Assembly (NCBI GenBank): GCA_002788675.1
Contig: PFRS01000001.1
Location: 170,308 to 234,307 of the forward strand
Reading direction: 5' to 3'
Source of the DNA: Candidatus Pacebacteria bacterium CG_4_9_14_0_2_um_filter_40_15
GTDB taxonomy: Bacteria; Patescibacteriota; Microgenomatia; UBA1400; PJMF01
Length of the DNA: 64,000 nt
Shown: positions 39,001 to 48,700 of the stretch, one piece after another
How positions within the stretch are numbered: position 1 is the stretch's first letter
Layout: each line of letters begins with the position of its first letter
Position numbers and translations under genes: made by a program
Notes under the pieces: model-generated
The model's database searches: none
What the model was told of the DNA's origin: nothing
Seen by the model: only the letters and a program-made list of their open reading frames with translations

Positions 39001-39077
39001 ACTGGTACTTGAAGCCCACACCCTTTCCGTTTAGACTGGATCTAGGTCAAGAATTTGGTCGCTATTGTAGGTATGCT

Positions 39078-40526
39078 ATGAAACATCGTAAATCAAAAAA
39101 ACTCATTGTGTTATCAACTTTTATTCTTGCCATCGCAGTTGCAGGAAAATGGGCACAAAATAGCGAGTCTGCTAGTTTAACTTCTGTTTCGGTTACCGTC
39201 TCAAACCCACGTCCTTCTTTTAGAGGTGTACTTGGAGCTGGAAATACTGTTGGAACTTCACAAGTTATTATTAATACTTCTGGATATCCTTCAACTACAA
39301 CAGCTCAACTCCAAACTGATGACATTCTCTTAGTAGGTAATGCAGGTACCATGAGTCCTTATACCATTACTAATGTAGTAAGTAATTCACTGGCAAATAT
39401 TACTCCAGTCCTTGCTGCTGGTGATGCCGATACTTCTGATGATGTCATTTCAACCCAATCTGCCGTTCATACCGTCAGATTTACTACTGCTAACGCTATT
39501 TCAAATGGTGGGTTTAGAATTTTAGTTCCTGCTCATGGAACTGCTACTGATGCAAATGATGGTCTACCTGATCAAGGCGCCTTTGATTTCGGAACAGCTG
39601 CCCCAACCGTGACCTGTCCAACAGACATAACTGGGTATGATTTTGTTACAGGTACTGCAACTGCAAGTGCTGTAACAATCGGAAGTACTGACTATCATGC
39701 ATATGAGTGTCTGTATTCTGGAGTTGGTGCTATTGCAACTGTCTTTGATGGCACAACCAATGATGCTATATCTATTAACGACATTATAAATCCAGCACCT
39801 GCTAGTGGCCACACAACAGGCACCGCAGATTCATACAGAATCATCCTCCAACATTTAGACAGTTCATACACAGCTGTAGATAGTACCACTGTTGCTATTG
39901 GCGTTATAGAAGCTGTCCGTGTAACTGCAAGCGTCGCACCACAGATTACCTTCTCTATTGCTGGTGTAACCAGTGGATCAACTTCATGCGGAGTAACCAC
40001 AGACGTCACAACAACCGCAACTGCTGTTCCACTTGGTGAACTATCTATCGCTTCTTTCACAGATGCAGCACAAACGCTGACTGTCTCAACTAATGCTACA
40101 AATGGCTATGCTGTAACCGCTTTCGAGAGTGACCAACTTGGACTCGATGGAGCAACATGTACCGGAGATAGCACTGCTTCAAACTGTATTCCCGATTCAG
40201 TTGGTGACAATGCAGCACTCAGTCATACTGCTAATGATGAATGGAATACCACAACAGTAAAAGGATTTGGATACTCTCTGGACAACGCAGATGCAAATAC
40301 TGTCGCTTTCGAGTACACAACAGCTACCGGTACCTGTACTGGAACATACTGTGCAAAGCAATTTGCAGATAACGAGGATGGCCAGGCAGCGCAACAACTC
40401 TTTAGTAGCACAACAGTGGCAGACAGTGAAAATGTTGATGTCTGCTACAGAGCTGTGATCTCAAACGTACAAGCCGCTGGTTTTTATGAAAACTACGTAA
40501 CCTATACTGCTACTGCTACATTCTAG
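39078..40526 (+). CDS. secreted WxL-like (large) surface protein, Thr/Ala-rich
   Basis: Signal peptide MKHRKSKKLIVLSTFILAIAVAG (ATG 39078; TTG alternative at 39009). The C-terminal ~190 aa are homologous to the 251-aa protein. Confidence 0.5.
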   Translation: MKHRKSKKLIVLSTFILAIAVAGKWAQNSESASLTSVSVTVSNPRPSFRGVLGAGNTVGTSQVIINTSGYPSTTTAQLQTDDILLVGNAGTMSPYTITNVVSNSLANITPVLAAGDADTSDDVISTQSAVHTVRFTTANAISNGGFRILVPAHGTATDANDGLPDQGAFDFGTAAPTVTCPTDITGYDFVTGTATASAVTIGSTDYHAYECLYSGVGAIATVFDGTTNDAISINDIINPAPASGHTTGTADSYRIILQHLDSSYTAVDSTTVAIGVIEAVRVTASVAPQITFSIAGVTSGSTSCGVTTDVTTTATAVPLGELSIASFTDAAQTLTVSTNATNGYAVTAFESDQLGLDGATCTGDSTASNCIPDSVGDNAALSHTANDEWNTTTVKGFGYSLDNADANTVAFEYTTATGTCTGTYCAKQFADNEDGQAAQQLFSSTTVADSENVDVCYRAVISNVQAAGFYENYVTYTATATF

Positions 40527-40542
40527 TACTCAGAAAGAACAA

Positions 40543-41589
40543 ATGAAGACTGCCCGCCCAATTCACACTCTTAAAAAAATTGCTACCTTAGCTGACGCTT
40601 TAGGAGTTGGAACCTTACTGTTCTCGAATACAATTTTTGCTCAAGACTTCACTCAGACTGATGATACGGTAACCCTTACAGCCATCCCGCCAAGAGTTGG
40701 TGATCAAGAACCAATTAAGCTTGCTCCTGGTGCTAAAGAACAAGTGCAACTTAGAATTAGGAATAATTCAACAAAAGCCATAACCATCAACTCGGTTGCT
40801 CAAGATTTTATGCTTGATCTTGATGGACAAACCCCTATTCCACTTAACGAAGATTCAGGAAGTAGATGGAGCTTAGCAGACTGGCTCGTTGTCGCACCAA
40901 ATCAACAAACTATTGAACCACAAGAAACTGCTGGAACTTCTGTTCTTATCGAAGTTCCTGAAGATGCTCTCCCTGGTGGGCACTATGCAATGGTTACCCA
41001 CGAACCAACCACTGGAGTTGTTTCCGAAGATGGTGAATCAGCTTCTGTAATCAGTCAAAAAGTTGGTTCTCTCTTTTATGTTATCGTTGATGGCGTTATT
41101 CATGAGGAAGCCTTTATTCGCGACTTCTCATTTCCCCAGCTCACAGAAGTCGGACCTGTTGATTTTTCATTCTTTGTTGATAATCAATCTGATATTCACA
41201 TCAAGCCACAGGTTTCAATTGAGATCTATAACCTCTTTAACCAAAAAATTGACACTATCCAGATAGAGAGCAAAAATGTATTCCCATTATATAGTCGTGG
41301 TTTCTCTGGAAGTTGGGATCGTGTTTGGGGTCATGGTTTTTACACTGCCAAACTCATAATGAGTTATGGTGAACAAGGAAATGTTGCACTTGCTTCAACT
41401 ACTTTCTGGCTCTTCCCAGTCAAGATAGTACTATCAATATTGGTTATTATATTGGTCCTACTTGCAATGCTCATTTCAATCCGAAGACATATCTTGCACA
41501 AAAACCAAGATAAAGACAAACAGATCAAAGAATTAGAGGATCAGCTAGCTGAAGTCAGTAAAGATCAACTCGAAAAACACGAAGAATAG
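40543..41589 (+). CDS. DUF916/DUF3324-like surface protein with C-terminal TM and charged cytoplasmic tail
   Basis: Signal peptide, two beta-rich domains, TM (VKIVLSILVIILVLLAMLI), then a lysine/glutamate-rich tail. Confidence 0.45.
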   Translation: MKTARPIHTLKKIATLADALGVGTLLFSNTIFAQDFTQTDDTVTLTAIPPRVGDQEPIKLAPGAKEQVQLRIRNNSTKAITINSVAQDFMLDLDGQTPIPLNEDSGSRWSLADWLVVAPNQQTIEPQETAGTSVLIEVPEDALPGGHYAMVTHEPTTGVVSEDGESASVISQKVGSLFYVIVDGVIHEEAFIRDFSFPQLTEVGPVDFSFFVDNQSDIHIKPQVSIEIYNLFNQKIDTIQIESKNVFPLYSRGFSGSWDRVWGHGFYTAKLIMSYGEQGNVALASTTFWLFPVKIVLSILVIILVLLAMLISIRRHILHKNQDKDKQIKELEDQLAEVSKDQLEKHEE

Positions 41590-41595
41590 TTACAT

Positions 41596-43653
41596 GTGCG
41601 ATGGAAAAATTTCCTTCTACCACTGCTTCTAGGTAGTTTGCTCTTTTGCATACCTGCAGGAGTGTTTGGTCAGGATGCAGGAGTCTTACCTGGTGAAACG
41701 CTTTCAACAAACCCCAAAGAACGCCCTGAGTACGTCACAGCAATAGTTCCTGATATCGTTCCACCATCAACTCCTATCCTTATTAGTCCTGAAGATGAAA
41801 CGGTGCTTACCGTATCCGCACCAACCTTTGAGTGGCAAGGCTCCACTGACAATGTTGGGGTAGATCACTACCAATTTTGGTTTGATGGGGTACTGCTTTT
41901 TGATTCGATTCCCACAACAGCAACTGCTAACTCTGAATACACGCTACTGTATGACAGTTTACTTAATCACTACTTTTTAACTCCTAAGACTCCTCTGTCA
42001 GATGGTTCCCATACCTGGCAAATACATGCGTATGATGCTGCCGATAATTACTCAGAGTCAGTGATCTGGAGTTTTATCATTGATACCACTGCACCCTACT
42101 TCAAGATTACAGATATTGGACCAGAAATAGTCGACATTAATACGGGAAATGCTGAAAGCGTTCCAACAGATGCCATTCACTTGGCAGATAATGAACCATT
42201 GCTCAAGGGTACGGGCGAATCAAACGCGACAGTTCAACTTACTATCACAATCCCAGGTGATCCCACACAAAACCATTCATTTTCTGTCGACGGAAGTGGA
42301 AATTGGGACTTTCAAGTTGGCATTCTGCCTCGAGACACTGAAATAACATTCGACTTCGTTATTTCAGACAGCGCTGGAAACATATCAGTGATTAGTGGAC
42401 TAAAAATAATCATTGATCCGATTGTTATTATTATCCCACCTCCATCCCCCATACCCACACCAACACCAAGCCCATCACCCACCCCTGGAATAACACCCAC
42501 ACCAAGTCCATCACCAACACCGGGAGTAAGTCCTTTTCCTTCACCCAGCCCTAGCCCTGAGGCAAGCCCAATTATTGTCATTCCAATATTGCCTCCTCGA
42601 GAAATAATTCATGAGATTGTACAAGAAAGCCTGGAAGCAATACCTGTGGAAATTTCAAGCTCACTACCTGTGCAGCTATTCTTAAGCATTGGTCGAGCAC
42701 TTGACTGGATAGCTCCAGCTGGAGCTCTGTTACTCACAGCAGCCCCTCCATTGCTCACGCTTTTATCATTACTCCTTCAGTTCGGAGGAAGTCTAACCTG
42801 GCAGCTTTTGTTACGCCTACTTCAAGCATTAGGTCTGCTTCCTGCCAAAGATCCACAAGGAATTGTGTATAACAGTGAAACAAATGAGCCTGTTCCCTTT
42901 GCATTACTTACCATTCAAAGCGTTGATCCTGATGCAGGTATATTTGAAACAGTCGTCACAGATGAAAATGGCATATACCAAGGCATTCAACTCCCAAGAG
43001 GAAAATATACAATAACGGTTACACACCAGGACTTCGTCTTCCCTACGGCCAAAGTAAAGCCGAAATACTTGACGAGTTCTGACTTTTATACAGGTGAGGT
43101 CTTCAACGTTACCAGTGACGAGACGCATCAGCTGTTCCTTATACCAGTAGACCCGAAAGAAACCAGTCAAAAAGAAAAAACACTCAAGAGCCGACTTAAT
43201 TTGACCGTGGCACGGCTCAGAATGAAGAACATTATCGTTCCGATGTTCAGCATCTCCCTGGTAATAACCATAATCAGTCCCTCTTGGCTGAACTATCTAG
43301 TAATAGCATGCTATCTACTGGTCTTTGCCCAAAAGTACTTTTTTACAAATAGAAGAGCCAACGTCCGAGGCACAATTACGAACAAAGCTGGAGAACCAAT
43401 ACGAGACGCAATTATCAAGCTGAGTGATCCAAATACAACTGACTTAGTGGTTCTAGTATCTTCAAATAAAAAGGGACAGTATGCGGCACACTGTCCACCA
43501 GGTAAGTACTACATCACAGTCACCAAAATGGGCTTTGTATGGTATCGTGAGACTGGTAGTATGAGATTTGAAGAATTAACCGTTGAAGACGTTACTATTG
43601 AATATAATGTAACACTCACATCAACTGAAGAAATCACCGTCTCGCTTTTGTAA
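41596..43653 (+). CDS. large surface protein: Ig-like domain, PT/PS-rich linker, TM segments, two Cna-B/CarboxypepD_reg (transthyretin-like) domains
   Basis: GTG start right after the upstream stop. Signal peptide. PTFEWQGSTDNVGVDHYQFW Ig-like motif. IPTPTPSPSPTPGITPTPSPSPTPG linker. VVTDENGIYQGIQLPRGKYTITV and GQYAAHCPPGKYYITV Cna-B-like motifs. Confidence 0.55.
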   Translation: MRWKNFLLPLLLGSLLFCIPAGVFGQDAGVLPGETLSTNPKERPEYVTAIVPDIVPPSTPILISPEDETVLTVSAPTFEWQGSTDNVGVDHYQFWFDGVLLFDSIPTTATANSEYTLLYDSLLNHYFLTPKTPLSDGSHTWQIHAYDAADNYSESVIWSFIIDTTAPYFKITDIGPEIVDINTGNAESVPTDAIHLADNEPLLKGTGESNATVQLTITIPGDPTQNHSFSVDGSGNWDFQVGILPRDTEITFDFVISDSAGNISVISGLKIIIDPIVIIIPPPSPIPTPTPSPSPTPGITPTPSPSPTPGVSPFPSPSPSPEASPIIVIPILPPREIIHEIVQESLEAIPVEISSSLPVQLFLSIGRALDWIAPAGALLLTAAPPLLTLLSLLLQFGGSLTWQLLLRLLQALGLLPAKDPQGIVYNSETNEPVPFALLTIQSVDPDAGIFETVVTDENGIYQGIQLPRGKYTITVTHQDFVFPTAKVKPKYLTSSDFYTGEVFNVTSDETHQLFLIPVDPKETSQKEKTLKSRLNLTVARLRMKNIIVPMFSISLVITIISPSWLNYLVIACYLLVFAQKYFFTNRRANVRGTITNKAGEPIRDAIIKLSDPNTTDLVVLVSSNKKGQYAAHCPPGKYYITVTKMGFVWYRETGSMRFEELTVEDVTIEYNVTLTSTEEITVSLL

Positions 43654-44358
43654 CACAGAAACCAAGGTTTCTCTTCCTCATATAACTCAGGTGCCTAAAA
43701 TAAACGCTATCGGCTAACATAACCAAGGCCTTCTCCCAAGCCATACCTCCCCAATACCCTCTCTGAATATTTTCCGTAATAAAGCATAAAAAGTGCTGAT
43801 AATTAGTGATAAGTTCTTTTACTTTTAAGACTAGCAGAGCATACCACGCGGGTGCCAATACCAGGTTAAGCAATAGATCAATGATATCTGACTCTGTAAG
43901 ACCCTAAACATACAAAAAACAATAAGAATGAGTGAAATAGACAAATAATAATCACTCGTCAAAACTTATACAGTAATAATTCCATCCAATAATTTTGAAA
44001 AAGTAGCATTAGTTAACATGCAATAATTCAAGTATTATTTGGCATTTACCTCTGCTATAAATACACTTTCTCAGCAGCGCTAGCTAAATCGCACGCAAAT
44101 ACATTCATTTTGTGCAACAATGATATTAATTGCACAAAATATCGTTAATTATTTAACGCATGTACCGAACAAATCATTCACGCAACTTATCGGCATAATT
44201 ACTGCATGATCTTAAAATAGAATTAACGCAATGATGAAAGTTAATTATTAAGTTATAAAAACAAGCTAAAACATATAATTAATAAAATGAAAATCATGCA
44301 CCCGAAAACACGTGTAAAATACAACATAAAAACCTCTGCTCCATTAAATGAAGCTGTT

Positions 44359-45117
44359 TTATTTGACTAAGAAGCCTGAAAAGGCTGACTGAAATTGTGA
44401 AAGAACTTTCCGAGCTGAAATAGCATTTGGATAGTAATAAGCAACTAAACCGTTATCTTCTTGCAATGTATCCCGAAAACGATCATAAGCCGTAATAAAC
44501 ACCTTTTTCTGTTGATCAGTCAGACCATCCCCCTCGGCAAATTGTGCTAGCAGCTGACTAACCTCAGTGCTAATACTTGAGTAAGCAGTGGCTAAGTCAC
44601 TCAGTGAAAAGTTTCGGATAACGGTACTTCTCTCAAAGCCAAATTTCCATGCATCTATAGAGAAAAGTGCTATTGAGTGTGGATACATTTTTTTACACAG
44701 CAGGTATAGCTCTTGAGAAAGTGAGCCTGGGACACAATATACGCCACGACTTAATTGAATCGCATGCTCTGCTACGAGCTGTGAGCGTAGGTATCTAAAC
44801 TGTGGATCACTGCTGGGTGCCTCTTGAAAGACGATACACTCCCATTCGCCAGAGTACGAATCCCATTTAGAATCTAAAGCCGGAAATTGGGCGTTGAGCT
44901 GCTCGATACCTTTGTCTGTTAAGTAATACCTCAGCTCCTGCCCTATCTTCTCGGTGGAAAAGATTCCTGATTTCGATAAATAGTGCAATATTGAACGAAC
45001 ACCGCCATCAGTTGTATTTTGTAGCAATTGCTGAGCTGCATCAGTTGTAACAAACGCATCTTGACTCCCTAAAACTGGGTACGCAAGCATTGCTAGTGAG
45101 AGGGCATTTTTTTTCAT
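44359..45117 (-). CDS. PaaX-like (winged-helix) transcriptional regulator-domain protein
   Basis: SKWDSYSGEWECIVF...QLSRGVYCVPGSLSQELY resembles the PaaX central and C-terminal W..W / GVW..P motifs. Lies in an AT-rich island divergent from the 18-kb gene. Confidence 0.4.
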   Translation of the reverse strand: MKKNALSLAMLAYPVLGSQDAFVTTDAAQQLLQNTTDGGVRSILHYLSKSGIFSTEKIGQELRYYLTDKGIEQLNAQFPALDSKWDSYSGEWECIVFQEAPSSDPQFRYLRSQLVAEHAIQLSRGVYCVPGSLSQELYLLCKKMYPHSIALFSIDAWKFGFERSTVIRNFSLSDLATAYSSISTEVSQLLAQFAEGDGLTDQQKKVFITAYDRFRDTLQEDNGLVAYYYPNAISARKVLSQFQSAFSGFLVK

Positions 45118-45140
45118 ATTAGTTATAAGTTTTTAGATGC

Positions 45141-45173
45141 TATTTTCGCATATATTCGCATTATATTCGCACA
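45141..45173. promoter_or_regulatory. three direct ~10-bp repeats (TATATTCGCA) in the promoter region of the PaaX-like gene
   Basis: TTCGCA cores at 45145, 45155 and 45166, 25-55 bp upstream of the minus-strand start at 45117. Operator/iteron-like. Confidence 0.35.
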
Positions 45174-45631
45174 TTTTCCAGGTTTATCATAGGTGTCGGC
45201 CTCTATTACCGAATCCACATTACAGTAACAATGCAATTTTAGAATAAATATTTAGGCATCAAAGTAGTACATTATTAATACATTATCCACATTAAGTAGT
45301 CACCGAAACTCAAAAATCTTAATTATTGTTAACAACATTTTGCTTTTTATGCAAATTTCCTCGAGTATAATCTTCTGTTTTTCCAGATGATTAGTTTTAC
45401 CTTCACATAGTATAGCTTTTCTAAACAAAATAACAATTACTTTTTACTGTGCATAAATGCCCCTTTTCTTCATGTTTTTCTGCTAAATCCAAAGAAAACA
45501 CGATGCCGTGATTACATTTGATATGCATTGATAGCCCCAGAATGTTTATCGCACGTATTCATACTATGCCTGGAAGAACTTTTTTTTGTTCATTGCACTT
45601 TTGCCAGAAAGCCCACTCATTCTCCAGACTA

Positions 45632-45659
45632 TTGACCCGAGTGTCTCGAGTAATATACA
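45632..45659 (+). promoter_or_regulatory. candidate promoter of the 18-kb giant gene (TTGACC-16-TATACA) with CTCGAG palindrome in the spacer
   Basis: Read by eye. It lies about 75 nt upstream of ATG 45736. Confidence 0.3.
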
Positions 45660-45735
45660 CTGATATGAGTCAAGTCTAATGGGTCTAATGAATCTGGTAG
45701 CCAAAATTTCAGAACACCCATGCAAGAAAAAATAA

Positions 45736-48700
45736 ATGACTGCCCAAAGCAAATATCTTTCTAGCATTTTCCTTTCACTTTCCACATTTTTGGAAAGTGC
45801 TTTGTCACACACACACGAGCGCGATGAAGCGCACGCTGTATTCACTGAGTTCGTTGCATCCAAAGCTTCACTGTCATCACAGTGGCAGCTGAGTGAATTA
45901 CACCGGTTTTTAACCAATTCAGCTGCTCACCAGACAGTAAGCCCCTCCGTGCGAGATGCTTTGATGATGTTTGTCCAAAAATATCCACCCTACCAGACTA
46001 GCGTTTTTCTTCACGAATATCTTTTAGCACTCAAAGCTGACAACTGCTCAAGCTCAACCATCAAAAATTACCGCAGTGATATCAACCAATTTGTTAGTTT
46101 TACCAATGAAACTGAGGTAGAAAAAGCCTTCACAAAACCCAAAGCTGAACTTTTCATTGCTGCACAGGCAAATAAAGATTTGAAGGAATCCTCTATCAGG
46201 CGTAAGCTCGTGAGTATTGTTCAGTTCTCTCTCTGGTTGCAGGCAGAGGGTGTCCTCCATTCAGTTTCAGAAATCGAGACTCTCTCAGACAAATTACCCC
46301 AACTTATTGAGAAAGCACCTCAAAAAGATATTCCAATCCAGGAGCCTACTCGACGATACTCTTCTGTGCCAACCTCAAGTGCATCATCATTTGCCACCGC
46401 AAAACACACTCTACACAATCAATCTAACGCCCAATCTAGTCAAGATATACGATCACGTATCAAATCAGGTCTGGCAACCATTCAAAATAAGATCCAACCT
46501 CAAGCAAAAAAACAGGCTCTGCCTTATCTAAACCTGGCTATTATCATGCTTTTTGCAGTCACACTCGGCTTCTTTGGCTATCGCCAGTTTGTGGCTGATG
46601 CAGACAAGCCTTTAGCCTACCCAACCAGTCCTACCAGGCCAAACCGCGTACTCCAATTCCAAGGTCGCCTTACTGACACCAGCCAAAACCCTATTACTAC
46701 CGCCACAGACATGGCTTTCCGCCTGTACGACTCTAATTCTGGAGGCACTCTGCTCTGGAACTCTGGCACCTGTAGTGTGACTCCAGATCAAGACGGTATC
46801 TTTAATGCCGATTTAGGCAGCAGTTGTGGAACTGAAATTTCTGAAAACGTCTTCACCGAGAACTCCAACGTCTGGCTCGAGGTCGAAATCGACACTGAAA
46901 CCCTTTCTCCTCGACAAAGCATCAAGACCGTTCCGTACGCGCTTAACTCTGAAACTCTCCAAGGCTATCCCATAGAAGCAACAGGTGCCGCTATAAAGAA
47001 CACCGTGGTTACTATGAATAACAATGGCGAGGTGATCTTCGGTGAAGTTTCGCCAACTCTTAAAGCTGTTTCGGGTAATTTCTCGATTGAAGCCGAAACC
47101 CTCACTCTTAAAACAGCGGCTGGCTCAAACGGTAATATTGCCCTTTCTCCAGATGGCACTGGCGACGTACTAGTAAACTCCGACCTTTTTGTTGATGGCT
47201 ATATAGCTGCTCCCGGTGCCACACTCAGTGCCACCTACGCTGGCGGCACTGCCCTGATTGCCCGAGGTGGACCAAGTGGATCCGCTAACATTCAGGTGTG
47301 GCAGAATAATGCCGGTAGTGCTTTAAGTGTGGTGGATGAGAGTGGGAATATTGGAATTGGAACAAGTAACCCAAATGAAGCATTAGAACTTGGTTCAGGA
47401 AAATCATTACGCTTTAATTCGTTAGATGCAAATCACATAAGATTTTATGACAGCACTACTGAAACAGCATTCATTCGAACAGAATTCTCGGGAGTCGGTC
47501 CAACTGGAAATGATTTAATTTTGGGATCTGATCTTTCTTCACAAACACTGGTTCTTGAAAGAGGTGGAAATGTGGGCATAGGCACTAACGATCCTTCTGC
47601 GCATCTCCAGATTGCTAACAAAGGTGAAGCAACTGGAACATACCTACTCCGCGTTGATGGAAGTGCTGCTGCAGGAGGCTTCAAGGCTTTTGGGAACAAT
47701 ATTGAATTACTTACATACCGAGGAAGCATGAATGAATTGAGAGTTGGTGGCGCTTATCTAAGTACTAATCCTCCAGCAAGTGGCGCAATCATTGAAGGAA
47801 ATGTAGGTATTGGATCAAGCATACCTGCCCAAAAACTCGACATCGTCGGCAACCTCCAATTCTCCGGCGCCCTCATGCCATCTGGAGCTGCAGGAACCGC
47901 AGGCTACGTTCTGCAATCTAATGGTATTGGTGTGGCTCCAACTTGGGTAAGTTCAGCTACTCTACCTGGATCTGGCCTCTGGGACGTGACTGCAAATGTC
48001 TTTCATCCTAAAGAAGCCTATGGTGACGTTGTTGATCTTGCCATTGGTGGCACCTCAACTGCAAGTGCAGATATTTTGCTTCAGAGTAATGGCAGAGCAT
48101 ATTTTGGGGGAAATGTAGGTATTGGAACAGCTTCTGGTTCATATCCACTTCAAGTTGAAGGAGATGCTCTTATTCATACTGCCAGCAGTTATCTTTACTT
48201 AAGTAGAACAAATACCAATAACCGCATGAACTATCGATCTTGGGACATTGATTATGGTGCTCGAGCTGACATTAGAAATATTAATGCTGCTGGTATTCTT
48301 TCTTTCTGGACTGGTGGAACAGCAGCTGCTAACCAAAGAATGACTATTGCTGCAGATGGCAACGTCGGTATCGGCACCACTTCTCCCGTTGGCCTTCTTA
48401 ATGTCGAAGGAGCTGCCATAGGAAAAGCCCTATCTATCCTGAACGAAACGGGTAATCAGGCAATTTTTGTTGCCTCTGCATCGGGAACGAACAGATTTAT
48501 TATTCAGAATGATGGCAATGTTGGAATTGGCACCAGTGCTCCAACTGCCTTGTTCCAAATCAGTGATCGGTGGCAAGGAACAAACTCAACATTTGGATCT
48601 ACCAACTCTTCGGGAGCACAACTCAACTACACGGGTAGTGTCGCTACTCCAATCTTCACCTTCACCGGGGATACTGATACAGGTATAGGCAGAGGTGGGG

